A stretch of 64,000 bases of DNA from a virus (lineage: Duplodnaviria; Caudoviricetes), in IMG/VR virus record IMGVR_UViG_2895442618_000001, positions 26,636-90,635 of that record; one strand, written 5' to 3'. Within the stretch, counting starts at the first letter, position 1. Every line of letters begins with the position of its first letter. Under the pieces are notes generated by a model. That model had not been told where the DNA came from. It made no database searches and saw only the letters and a list, made by a program, of their open reading frames with translations. The translations under genes were made by a program, and so were the position numbers. Positions 26,464 through 34,408 of this stretch are shown piece after piece.

Positions 26464-26522
26464 ACACGTCTCCGAAAACCGAGAGTAACGCGTCACGCCG
26501 CTGATCCACAAGTCGGCGCTGG

Positions 26523-28118
26523 TCAGAACGGCCAGTCGCACGACCTCCCCGCCTCAAGCAGCGGGATCAGCTTGAACGTGGAGTCGGAGAACCCGCCGAG
26601 CTCGTGCCGGTTCCCGGCGCCGGTCGGCATCGCCGCGTGCTGGTAGCCGACCAAGTTAAACCCGTACATCGGGATGTGCTTGGGCGCGGCGTCGGTGACG
26701 TTCCCGGCGTAGTAGCCGCTCATCGTCTGCATGTCCGACAGGATGATGACCCTGTCGTGGCCGGAGTAGGTGCGCTGCACGGACGCGGCGATCTGCGTGC
26801 CGTGGCCCACCTCGCCCGTCCGCGCGGCGAATCGCTCCAACTCCCGCAGCACAGACGCGCCCTTGCCGACCTCGTGCTTGAACACGCTGTCAGCGAAGCC
26901 GTACAGGTCCACGCCGCCCTTCACTGCCAGCGACACCCCGAACAACGCCGCGGCCTGCGCCGGCGAGACGGACGACCTGCCGGAGATACGGCTACCGGTC
27001 ATCGACGCCGACGTGTCCACGAGCACGAGCGTGCGCCCCTTGAACGCGGGAACGTTCGACGTGGCCAGGGTGAGCGCCTTGTCGAGCGCGTGACCCCACC
27101 GCAGCGACGGAGCATTCAGATACGCCGAGAAGAACCGGAACGGAAGCTGCCGGGAGCGGGCAACCTCCTCCGGGTTCACCAGCTTGGCGATGATCTGGTC
27201 GGCGATCTCGTCGGGGATGCCGGCCTGGTCGAAGTTGCGAAGGTTCCTCAACAGCGCCATGTAGCCCATCGACGGGATAACCGCCGTCCACGCCTGCGCG
27301 TCCATCGGCCCCTGAAGCCAGCCCGCGAGCGCCTCCCACGTCATGCCCGCGTCGGCGAGCGTGGCGTTGACCGCGGACGGCACGCCCACGGCAACGATCG
27401 CGCGGCGTTCGGCGACCGGCATCGACATGAGGTGTGCGCGGCGCCGCAGCATGGCGAGCGACTCGGGAATGTCGTTGTCGCGGCCGTGGCGCCGGTCGAG
27501 CGCGTGCCGGAAGAGGTCGCCCTGCCAGCGCTTCGCCGCGTCCGGCGACGGGTGAACGAGGTCGATGACGTCGCCGAACCGGTAGCCCTTGGAGTCGGTG
27601 TCGTACTTGAGCAGGTTGCGCTCGTTGTACATCCGCTGGACGGCGTCGGCGATGCCGCGCTTGACCGGCTTCGGGATCGCACGCCCGTACGTGGACGTCC
27701 AGTAGGCGAGCGCCTCCCCTGGCTCGTCTGGGCGCTGGAGCACTGTGTTCACGAGCTGCCGGTTAAGGCCCTGCTCGCCCGCGGCGAGACGTGCCTTGAC
27801 CGCTTCGAGCGCGGCGACGATCGGCGCGGACCGCATGTTCGCCTCGCCGCGCAGCCACGGCAGGAACCGGGCCAGCCACTCGCCGTCCTCGATGGCCACC
27901 TGGTGGACGAGAGCCCGGAACCGGTTGTCCCGGCCGCCGGCCTTCTCGTAGAAGGTGTCTTCGCCCACCATGTTCGACACGGCGAGCAGGAAGAGTTCTC
28001 CCTTTGCGTCCCTGATGTATCCAGGGGCTCCCTCGTGGGTGCGCCCGGATGGGGTCCGTTCGGTCTTCACCGGGCTGAACACGGCCGGGCGGGTGGTCGT
28101 GCTGTTGAACTTCGTCAT
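26523..28118 (-). CDS. rsr: TROVE-domain RNA-binding protein (Ro60 / Rsr orthologue)
   Basis: GEDTFYE, NMRSAPIV, MGYMALLRNLRN, vWA MIDAS VDTSASM, LSDMQT; 531 aa. Confidence 0.92.
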   Translation of the reverse strand: MTKFNSTTTRPAVFSPVKTERTPSGRTHEGAPGYIRDAKGELFLLAVSNMVGEDTFYEKAGGRDNRFRALVHQVAIEDGEWLARFLPWLRGEANMRSAPIVAALEAVKARLAAGEQGLNRQLVNTVLQRPDEPGEALAYWTSTYGRAIPKPVKRGIADAVQRMYNERNLLKYDTDSKGYRFGDVIDLVHPSPDAAKRWQGDLFRHALDRRHGRDNDIPESLAMLRRRAHLMSMPVAERRAIVAVGVPSAVNATLADAGMTWEALAGWLQGPMDAQAWTAVIPSMGYMALLRNLRNFDQAGIPDEIADQIIAKLVNPEEVARSRQLPFRFFSAYLNAPSLRWGHALDKALTLATSNVPAFKGRTLVLVDTSASMTGSRISGRSSVSPAQAAALFGVSLAVKGGVDLYGFADSVFKHEVGKGASVLRELERFAARTGEVGHGTQIAASVQRTYSGHDRVIILSDMQTMSGYYAGNVTDAAPKHIPMYGFNLVGYQHAAMPTGAGNRHELGGFSDSTFKLIPLLEAGRSCDWPF

Positions 28119-28123
28119 AACGC

Positions 28124-28162
28124 AACGAGCCCCTCTCGAATGTCGATCGAGAGGGGCTCGTT
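28124..28162 (-). promoter_or_regulatory. 16-bp perfect hairpin covering the rsr ribosome-binding site
   Basis: AACGAGCCCCTCTCGA-N7-TCGAGAGGGGCTCGTT, ending 5 nt before the ATG. Confidence 0.7.
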
Positions 28163-28173
28163 CAAGAGATCGC

Positions 28174-28311
28174 GCCCGAGATCAAGGTCGGCGTAGGTGA
28201 CTGTTTGTGTGCTCTGCCAACTGAGCTACACCCCGCGTAGTGCGGGGTGACAGGACTTGAACCTGCGACTCCACCCTCCCAAAGGAAGTAACCCATGCCT
28301 GCGCACCGGGC
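28174..28311 (-). ncRNA. Y RNA-like RNA 1 (YrlA-type, with tRNA-like domain)
   Basis: 5' GCCCGGTGCG pairs with 3' TTGATCTCGGGC; T arm GCAGG-TTCAAGT-CCTGT precedes a closed acceptor stem and D arm TAGCTCAGTTGGCAGAGC. Confidence 0.8.
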
Positions 28312-28330
28312 ACGCGCTCTGAAGTTGTAT

Positions 28331-28460
28331 CCCTCCCGAGATCAAGGTGACGGCGGTGTTTGGCTTGTCCCGCGACGCTCGGCCAGAGCCGAGCACAGGA
28401 GTCGAACCTGTCTTGTCAGTTATTGAGACTGAAGTAACCGCAGTCAGCGCACCGGGAAGG
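28331..28460 (-). ncRNA. Y RNA-like RNA 2 (YrlA-type)
   Basis: Same CCCGGTGCGC, GGTTACTTC and ACCTTGATCTCGGG boxes; T arm ACAGG-TTCGACT-CCTGT; closed stem GCTCGGC-TCTG-GCCGAGC. Confidence 0.75.
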
Positions 28461-28477
28461 TGCATATCCAGTTGTGA

Positions 28478-28551
28478 GCTTCAGAGATCAGAACGGCGCC
28501 GGGTCGGTTTCATTTAGCAGATGAAGGAACCGGAGCCCTCGCACCTGAAGC
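28478..28551 (-). ncRNA. Short Y RNA-like RNA 3 (YrlB-type, no tRNA domain)
   Basis: GCTTCAGGTGCG...CTGATCTCTGAAGC terminal stem; TACGGT -10 box 7 nt upstream. Confidence 0.7.
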
Positions 28552-28558
28552 ACTCCCC

Positions 28559-28585
28559 ACCGTAGCGGTAGGCGTGACGCGTCAC
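28559..28585 (-). promoter_or_regulatory. Putative promoter of the Yrl-rsr operon with palindrome
   Basis: -10 TACGGT (28564-28559) and perfect palindrome GTGACGCGTCAC (28574-28585). Confidence 0.55.
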
Positions 28586-28639
28586 AGCCCATTTTCGGGC
28601 GGGTCGGGAAAAGTGATGCGATCGCCCCGAGCTATGACA

Positions 28640-28843
28640 TCACGCAGCCCTCCGGGATCGGTAGGCGCGCATCCCGGCGGCGTGCTGGCACGCCTTGGAG
28701 CAGTAGATCGCGTCCGCTCTCGGGTGCGCTCGACCTCGTCCGTCGTCCTGCCACACGAACTCGCGTCCGCAGTCCGGCAGAGCGCACGTCTTCGCGTCGG
28801 GGACCTCTCCCCTGCCGAGGCAGGTGGGGCACTGGGCGCTCAT
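28640..28843 (-). CDS. Small zinc-finger protein
   Basis: CPTC, CALPDCG, DAIYCSKACQ motifs. Confidence 0.65.
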   Translation of the reverse strand: MSAQCPTCLGRGEVPDAKTCALPDCGREFVWQDDGRGRAHPRADAIYCSKACQHAAGMRAYRSRRAA

Positions 28844-29610
28844 GACGCCTTCTCCAGGACGAGTGCGTCGTACTCGTCCTGCGTCATGACGACTGGCCCG
28901 CCGCGAGATGCTCCGCAATCACGGTTGCGGCACTCGATCTTGTCTTCGCCGTCCATCTGGGAGAGCGTCGCCAAATGGCATTGGGGGCACCTCAGGGGCT
29001 TGCTGCGTCGGCGGGGCCGGGCCTTCGCCGCCTGGTCGATGCGGCGGGTCCAGCGCAGCACACCCTCAGCGAACTCGGCTGCGAGCTCGGGGTGGGCGAG
29101 GATGCCGTCCAGATGCTTCGACAGCCAGCCGACTGCGGACGTGAGCGCCGACGCGGACGCTCCTCGGTACGGGGCGGTGAGCCAGTCCAGCTGAGACGCC
29201 CGGTAGGTGGTCTCGTGGTGTCGCAGCCAGCCCAGCAGATCGTTCAGGTCGTCGTACGCGGACGACGGGGAGGGCGGTTCCGCCGAACCAGAGACGCGTT
29301 CTGATTCGCCGCGGGCTTCGTAGCCGTCGCCGTAGAGCAGGCGGAGCGTCATCAGCTCGTCAAGGTCGGCGAGCGCGGCGCGGACTTTCGCCTTGTCGTT
29401 CTCGCAGACGAGCGGGGCGCCGGGCCAGAAGCGGACGTCGGGCTGCTCAGGTTCGGCAGGCGGTTCGCCCTGCTGGCCGGCTGCCAGCCACGCCTCTACT
29501 GCGGCGGCGTGCGCCTCGCGGGCCTTGTGGTACGCCCTCCATGCTTCTCGGCTTCGGTGGTTACACGAGCCTACGCAGGCCCCTTCGGGCGAGATGGACG
29601 GATCGAACAC
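28840..29610 (-). CDS. Putative late transcription regulator with C-terminal zinc ribbon
   Basis: LRCPQC...IECRNRDC; position at the early/late junction; function is inference. Confidence 0.5.
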   Translation of the reverse strand: MFDPSISPEGACVGSCNHRSREAWRAYHKAREAHAAAVEAWLAAGQQGEPPAEPEQPDVRFWPGAPLVCENDKAKVRAALADLDELMTLRLLYGDGYEARGESERVSGSAEPPSPSSAYDDLNDLLGWLRHHETTYRASQLDWLTAPYRGASASALTSAVGWLSKHLDGILAHPELAAEFAEGVLRWTRRIDQAAKARPRRRSKPLRCPQCHLATLSQMDGEDKIECRNRDCGASRGGPVVMTQDEYDALVLEKAS

Positions 29611-29736
29611 TGTGGTGCCTCCCCCGAGGTCGGTACGCTAGCGGGAGAAGCTTCGGCTGTGGCGGCTGAGGTGTGGCGAGGGTAGTGGGGTCGAGGGCGG
29701 TCTTCCGAGTGACGGCGGAGGGCCGCTCTTCGCGTC

Positions 29737-29928
29737 TCAGCGTCTTCGGCGGGCGGCTTGTTCCCGGCCCTGCTTGGCCAGCCACTCGCCCACGTCTACC
29801 AGCTGGTCCGGGTCCAAGCGGACGCCGACCGCGAGCAGGTAGGACTCACCCGAGCGCGGCCCGTGCATCAGCTCGACGCCGGGCAGGCGCGGGTGGCGGG
29901 AGACGAGGGCGGGATTCGGGTCGTACAC
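29737..29928 (-). CDS. Hypothetical protein
   Basis: ORF track 63 aa. Confidence 0.45.
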   Translation of the reverse strand: MYDPNPALVSRHPRLPGVELMHGPRSGESYLLAVGVRLDPDQLVDVGEWLAKQGREQAARRRR

Positions 29929-29994
29929 AATGCGATCATTATCGCAGGTGAGACGTTGCCGTATGTCCAGACGGGCGGATCGGCAGCAAGAGCC

Positions 29995-30546
29995 TCAAAG
30001 CCACCTCACCCACTCGGCGATCGTCACGGGCTGCCACCACGTGGTCTCGCAGTCTGGGCACTGGTGGATGGCGAGGCGGACACTGTGGCCGATTTCGGGC
30101 CATGAGATCGCCTCAGGGTCAACGTAGGGCCGGTCCACGCACTGGTGTTGGCAGGTGAGCCATGCTGCGGTCAGTTGCTCACCGCATCCTTGGCAGAGCC
30201 CTGCAACGACTTCGCCGGCGGAGACGACCTCGACGACGTCGTCATGGGCGCACTCTGGGATGGTGGGTGCGGGGCGCCCTCGCAGCGCGTCAGTGATCCT
30301 TGAGCGGCGGAAGCGGCGGCGGGCGCGCGCGGCGGCTGCGCGGATCATGTCCTGGGTGATAGGCGGACCATGCTTCGATGCGGCCAGCGCGTCGAGTGCG
30401 TCTTGGACGTTGCTTTTCACGGCATGGAGCGTGGCGTCGTTGTCCTCGATCCGCTGCCGGTAGGCGGGCTTGGCTTTCTCCCAGGCGGCGCGCTCGGCTT
30501 CGAGGGTGGCCCACAGGTGTTCGAACGCGGGCAGGGCGTCAGGCAT
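29995..30546 (-). CDS. Hypothetical protein (coiled coil plus Cys motifs)
   Basis: ATG 30546 MPDALPAF; CQGC, CPDC. Confidence 0.55.
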   Translation of the reverse strand: MPDALPAFEHLWATLEAERAAWEKAKPAYRQRIEDNDATLHAVKSNVQDALDALAASKHGPPITQDMIRAAAARARRRFRRSRITDALRGRPAPTIPECAHDDVVEVVSAGEVVAGLCQGCGEQLTAAWLTCQHQCVDRPYVDPEAISWPEIGHSVRLAIHQCPDCETTWWQPVTIAEWVRWL

Positions 30547-30739
30547 GGCGATCAGAGCTCCCGTTTTCGTGCGCCTCAAACAAGTCGCCTTGCCCTTCGC
30601 AGTCTCCTCCGTCTCTCCGGGAGAAGCGGGGAGAGTGCGGGGTGATGATGCCCAGCTTGGCCGCGCACTCCGGCCCGTACCCGAGTTCGCGGCTCTTGGG
30701 GTCCCACAGGAGCTTGCCGCAGCGGGCGAGGCAGTACAT
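30539..30739 (-). CDS. DUF6011-like small zinc-binding protein
   Basis: CGKLLWDPKSRELGYGPECA. Confidence 0.7.
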   Translation of the reverse strand: MYCLARCGKLLWDPKSRELGYGPECAAKLGIITPHSPRFSRRDGGDCEGQGDLFEAHENGSSDRHA

Positions 30740-30774
30740 GGGCGGGAGGGGCGGGGCTTCGAGGTCGAGCAGGG

Positions 30775-30993
30775 TCAAGGCCGCTTCTGTCTGATCTGCG
30801 CTGCGGTCTTGAAGTCCTTGGTTGCCTGCTTCCAGCGGCGTTCCGCTTCGTTCCACGACTTTTCAGCCTGCTCCCAGTTCGCGATGGCCCGCTGGGCGCT
30901 GCGCTTGACGTCGCGACAGACCCAGATCGACACGGCGAGGGCCACCACGGATAGCGCCAGGGTCCCGTACGGGAGCCACACGAGCCAGTTCAC
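30775..30993 (-). CDS. Membrane-anchored coiled-coil protein
   Basis: N-terminal TM helix followed by WEQAEKSWNEAERRW. Confidence 0.6.
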   Translation of the reverse strand: MNWLVWLPYGTLALSVVALAVSIWVCRDVKRSAQRAIANWEQAEKSWNEAERRWKQATKDFKTAAQIRQKRP

Positions 30994-31454
30994 GTCTCCT
31001 CCTCGGGTGGTGCTGGCGTCTCTGCCTCGTCGAGGATCGCCAGCGCCTGGCGGTAGCGGCGAGCCAACGATGCGGCCTGTCTCGGCTCCAAAGTGGCCAG
31101 ACGGTCAGGCGCGGAGTTGTGGCCGATGTCTGCTCTCTTGACCAGCCTGCCCATCGGGTGCGCTGCGGCTCGGCGGATGAAGTCGGCGTAAGCCTCGCCT
31201 TCGCGGCGGGTCACCGAGAGGATCGCGTCCACGGTGTCCGCTTCCACTCCAGCGGCGAGAAGGTCTTCCGCTGTCACGTCGGTGTCTTCGATGACGTCGT
31301 GGAGTATCCCCGCGATGCGGGCCTGCTCGCCGTGTTCGGTGAGCGCGTCGGCGACGGCCAGAGGGTGGTGGATGTACGGCACTCCTGCCTTGTCCGTCTG
31401 GCCGTGGTGGGCCTTCTCGGCGAGACGGTAGGCGTCCTCAAATGTGAAGGTCAT
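30990..31454 (-). CDS. Stand-alone HD-domain hydrolase (RelA/SpoT hydrolase, Mesh1-like)
   Basis: HHGQTDKAGVPYIHHP, LHDVIEDT, VKRADIGHN. Confidence 0.85.
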   Translation of the reverse strand: MTFTFEDAYRLAEKAHHGQTDKAGVPYIHHPLAVADALTEHGEQARIAGILHDVIEDTDVTAEDLLAAGVEADTVDAILSVTRREGEAYADFIRRAAAHPMGRLVKRADIGHNSAPDRLATLEPRQAASLARRYRQALAILDEAETPAPPEEET

Positions 31455-31689
31455 CGGCGGTCACCTCCTTCGCCTTGCGGGCTCTCCACGTACGCGCACA
31501 CCAGCCGCACACGTCCCCCGCCTCCGGGTACAGCCTGCCCTGCCCGCGCCGCGGAGGCTCCCCTGAGCGTCGCAGAGCAGGGCACGACGGGTAGACGTGA
31601 TCGGTGTACTCGCCTACGTACCACTCGGTCACGGACTCGTAGCCGGCGAACGGGGCTTCGAGGTCTATGGCCAGGGCGGGGTCAGCCAT
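31438..31689 (-). CDS. Hypothetical protein
   Basis: ATG 31689; HVYPSC and VCGWC motifs. Confidence 0.55.
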   Translation of the reverse strand: MADPALAIDLEAPFAGYESVTEWYVGEYTDHVYPSCPALRRSGEPPRRGQGRLYPEAGDVCGWCARTWRARKAKEVTADDLHI

Positions 31690-31712
31690 GGTCGGTCTCC
31701 TGGTCGTTGAGG

Positions 31713-31934
31713 TCAGAACCATCGGAGGACATGCGTCTCGCCCTCCCGCTCGTCGTGGGTGAGGATCTGCCTGCCCGCCGCCTGCTCTGCCTCAACGTAG
31801 GCGTAGATCTGGAGCGCCCTGTTGACGATGTCCACCTCCGACAGGTTGGTGCGAGCGGCCAACTCGCCGAGCGCTCGTGACGACCGGGCTGTCAGCTTGG
31901 TCTTGATCTCCCGATAACGGAGGTCATCAGGCAC
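31713..31934 (-). CDS. Ribbon-helix-helix-like protein
   Basis: TKLTARSSRALGELAARTNLSEVDIVNRALQIY. Confidence 0.6.
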   Translation of the reverse strand: MPDDLRYREIKTKLTARSSRALGELAARTNLSEVDIVNRALQIYAYVEAEQAAGRQILTHDEREGETHVLRWF

Positions 31935-32286
31935 GGTCCATCCCCTTGATCTCATCGATGACGGCTTTCAGCACGCCTTGTACGGTGACGCCGTCGCCCA
32001 GGTGTTCGGCGTGGCGGTCCTCGAAGCGGCGCCGCCACTCTCGGGTGATCACCATGTCGTCGAAGTGGCGGGCGATCCGGGTCCGCTCGCCTGCCGCGTC
32101 TTTGCGGTCCTGGTCGTCGGCGATCAGATCCGCTGTGCCCCGGTCTCCCATCGCCCGCGTGTATCCCTCGTCATAGCCCTCCCGGTACACCCGGTCGAGG
32201 ATCTGCCGGATGACGAACACCCGCTCGTACGGGGAGGTGTCGTTGAGGGTGGCGAGCTTGCGGATCGGGACGGTGAAGTCAGGCAT
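31927..32286 (-). CDS. Hypothetical protein
   Basis: 119 aa, coupled. Confidence 0.55.
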   Translation of the reverse strand: MPDFTVPIRKLATLNDTSPYERVFVIRQILDRVYREGYDEGYTRAMGDRGTADLIADDQDRKDAAGERTRIARHFDDMVITREWRRRFEDRHAEHLGDGVTVQGVLKAVIDEIKGMDRA

Positions 32287-32539
32287 CGGCGGACTCCTCG
32301 GGTAGGGCGGCGCGGAGGCGGTTCATCGCGTCCCGTTCCTCTTCGGTCATGTCGACGCCTCGGTACGTGTAGGCGCGCAGGTCTTCAGCGGAGACGACGA
32401 CCAGGCCCGCGCCGGCGAGGGCGTCTACGGCGGCTTCTACGGTTGCCCGTACCAGGTCCTCGCGGGAGGCTCCGGACACCCAGGCGCATTCGTGAGCCCG
32501 TACGGCGTCGCGTAGGGCTTCCTCGGGGATCTCAGGCAC
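32279..32539 (-). CDS. Hypothetical protein
   Basis: GTG 32539 after GGAGG RBS. Confidence 0.55.
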   Translation of the reverse strand: MPEIPEEALRDAVRAHECAWVSGASREDLVRATVEAAVDALAGAGLVVVSAEDLRAYTYRGVDMTEEERDAMNRLRAALPEESADA

Positions 32540-32735
32540 TCTGCACCTCCTTGATCGGGGTGAGCCGGTACCGCCACACCACGGGATCGTTCCGGGCGAC
32601 GTCCTGCTCGCCTCGGTCGCCGCACGGCTCGCACACCAGAGAAGTCTTCCGTTGGATGCGCTTGAAGTAGAAGACGAACGCCTGCGTGGCAGGGCTGTTA
32701 CGACACCATTCACAGGTGATCGGAGTCTCAGGCAT
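32532..32735 (-). CDS. Small CxxC protein
   Basis: CEWC...CEPC. Confidence 0.55.
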   Translation of the reverse strand: MPETPITCEWCRNSPATQAFVFYFKRIQRKTSLVCEPCGDRGEQDVARNDPVVWRYRLTPIKEVQSA

Positions 32736-33111
32736 CGGGGTCTCCGTTCGCGATCTCCAGCAAAACGCGGGCGTGGCACCAGTCGGTCTCTCCCGGCTCG
32801 GGCAGTGGACACCAGCACGCGAGATCCTTGCCCGCCAGTTCGCGCCGGATCTCGTCCTTGCTCGGGTAGCCGGACATGCCGCCGCTGTAGGCGACGGCAG
32901 CCTGGAAGTCCACCACGGCGTAGCGGCGGCGGGCGGAAGTGGGGCTTGAGAACGGCTCGCCGTCGCAGTCGAACCGAACGGAAGGGTAATCAGTCCAGCG
33001 GAGCGGATTTCCCCACTTCGTTGGGCGGCCTACGTACACGGCTCCCTCGGGCATGGTCCAGCCCTTCGTGCGTCTCCTCTGGATGCGCTTGGGCTCTCGG
33101 GTCTCAGGCAC
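32728..33111 (-). CDS. DUF4326-like protein
   Basis: RIQRRRTKGW, VYVGRPTKWGNP, ELAGKDLACWCP, CHARVLLEIAN. Confidence 0.8.
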   Translation of the reverse strand: MPETREPKRIQRRRTKGWTMPEGAVYVGRPTKWGNPLRWTDYPSVRFDCDGEPFSSPTSARRRYAVVDFQAAVAYSGGMSGYPSKDEIRRELAGKDLACWCPLPEPGETDWCHARVLLEIANGDPDA

Positions 33112-33313
33112 GCCCCATCACCCTCTCAAGATCCGCTTTCGCCTGGTCGCAGGTCTTCTCGATGGCGGAGCCGTACACGTGGCTCCGGTTCTGCAGGACA
33201 GCCGCCTCGCATCTCTTGCATGTCCACCGGGAGGCGCTGGATGCGAAGGGCGGGTCCCACTCCATGGTGTGGCCGAGCGCCTCAGCGTGCTGTACGGGGG
33301 ATTGGGAGGTCAC
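33104..33313 (-). CDS. Hypothetical protein
   Basis: GTG 33313, coupled. Confidence 0.5.
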   Translation of the reverse strand: MTSQSPVQHAEALGHTMEWDPPFASSASRWTCKRCEAAVLQNRSHVYGSAIEKTCDQAKADLERVMGRA

Positions 33314-33561
33314 CGCTCCGTCTCCGTCTCCTCGTGCACCGTCCACTCGGGGACGTCCCGGGACACCACGACGGCGTCAACCGGGAGCCCTTTGCGCTTC
33401 TGCCACGCTCGGGTGTCGCTCACGGTCGCTCGGGCCGCCGCCAGTCCGGCGTTGCCGAACCCGGTCAGGTCGTAGACCGTGGCCTGCTTGTCGTCGCGGG
33501 TTTCCGGGTCGTAGGCGTAGCCGGTGAAGCGGCAGGCGTACTCGGTGTTGACGTCGGCCAC
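33310..33561 (-). CDS. Hypothetical protein
   Basis: 83 aa after GGAGGG RBS. Confidence 0.55.
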   Translation of the reverse strand: MADVNTEYACRFTGYAYDPETRDDKQATVYDLTGFGNAGLAAARATVSDTRAWQKRKGLPVDAVVVSRDVPEWTVHEETETER

Positions 33562-33564
33562 GGC

Positions 33565-33822
33565 TCAGCCCTCCTTCGGGGAGTCCGGGAAGACCGCCCC
33601 GAGCTTCTGGACAAACTCCTCAAGCACCTGCTCGGCGCGACGCTTCAGCACGTCGGCGTCGTCGTCCTTCAACGCCTGCGTGTCCAAGCCGGGCAGCTTC
33701 GTCCTGAGGGTGTGATCGGGGTCTTCGCGGCGGATCTTCCAGTCGATAGTGAACAGGCAGAGGCCGCCCACGTAGCCGTTCAGGCTGCTGTACGGGGCGT
33801 TCACCCAAAGGATGCGGGGCAT
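33565..33822 (-). CDS. Hypothetical protein
   Basis: 85 aa, AAGGAG RBS upstream. Confidence 0.55.
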   Translation of the reverse strand: MPRILWVNAPYSSLNGYVGGLCLFTIDWKIRREDPDHTLRTKLPGLDTQALKDDDADVLKRRAEQVLEEFVQKLGAVFPDSPKEG

Positions 33823-34125
33823 CGGGCATCTCCTTGTCGATGAGGGTCTTGTGGATCTGAGCGCCCTCTCCGCGTTCTGAGCGCGTGCCCGGCCGTACCG
33901 GGAGAGGGCTGGGAGGGTCAGTCGTCGGTGTCTTCGGCAGGGGCAGGCTTGCTACCTCGGCGGCGGTGCCACTCCAGGAACCAGTCGCAGGTACACACGT
34001 CGTCGTGGACACCCATCGCGAAGATGAGGTCCGTGTCGCTCATCGACGCGGGATCGGGCGGGGACTCGCTCATGGTCGGTTCTCCGGAGGTTGAGGAGTC
34101 CCGGAAGGGACTCCGGGACAGAAGG

Positions 34126-34332
34126 TCACTCGTCCACCACGGAGCCGCCGCCATCGACGTACTCCCAGATCCACTCCTTCCACTCCTCGTGGACGCGCTC
34201 CTCCTGCTGCTCCGAGGTGAGAGCGTTCCACTCGCTCACAGGAATCCCCGTGTCGATCACGTCGCTGCGCTCGGCGTTCGCCAGGCCGATGCCGAGCGTC
34301 ACCGCCAGCTTGATCGTCGGCTCGTTGTCCAT
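34126..34332 (-). CDS. Small acidic hypothetical protein
   Basis: ATG 34332 after AAGGAG; IGLANAERSDVIDTG...WIWEYVDGG. Confidence 0.6.
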   Translation of the reverse strand: MDNEPTIKLAVTLGIGLANAERSDVIDTGIPVSEWNALTSEQQEERVHEEWKEWIWEYVDGGGSVVDE

Positions 34333-34408
34333 ATCTGACTCCTTGGTCATCGTCGGGGGGTTGGGGTCCGCTCTCCCGGTAGAAGAGACACCGGGAGAGC
34401 GGGAGGGG

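Noticed and set aside
28174-28551. CRISPR array or true tRNA genes
   Set aside because: Shared blocks are short, split and self-pairing, with no cas genes; tRNA arms are in permuted order with no anticodon loop or CCA, fitting Yrl RNAs.
30775-30993. Spanin or holin assignment
   Set aside because: TM plus coiled coil only; located among early/middle genes with no endolysin nearby.
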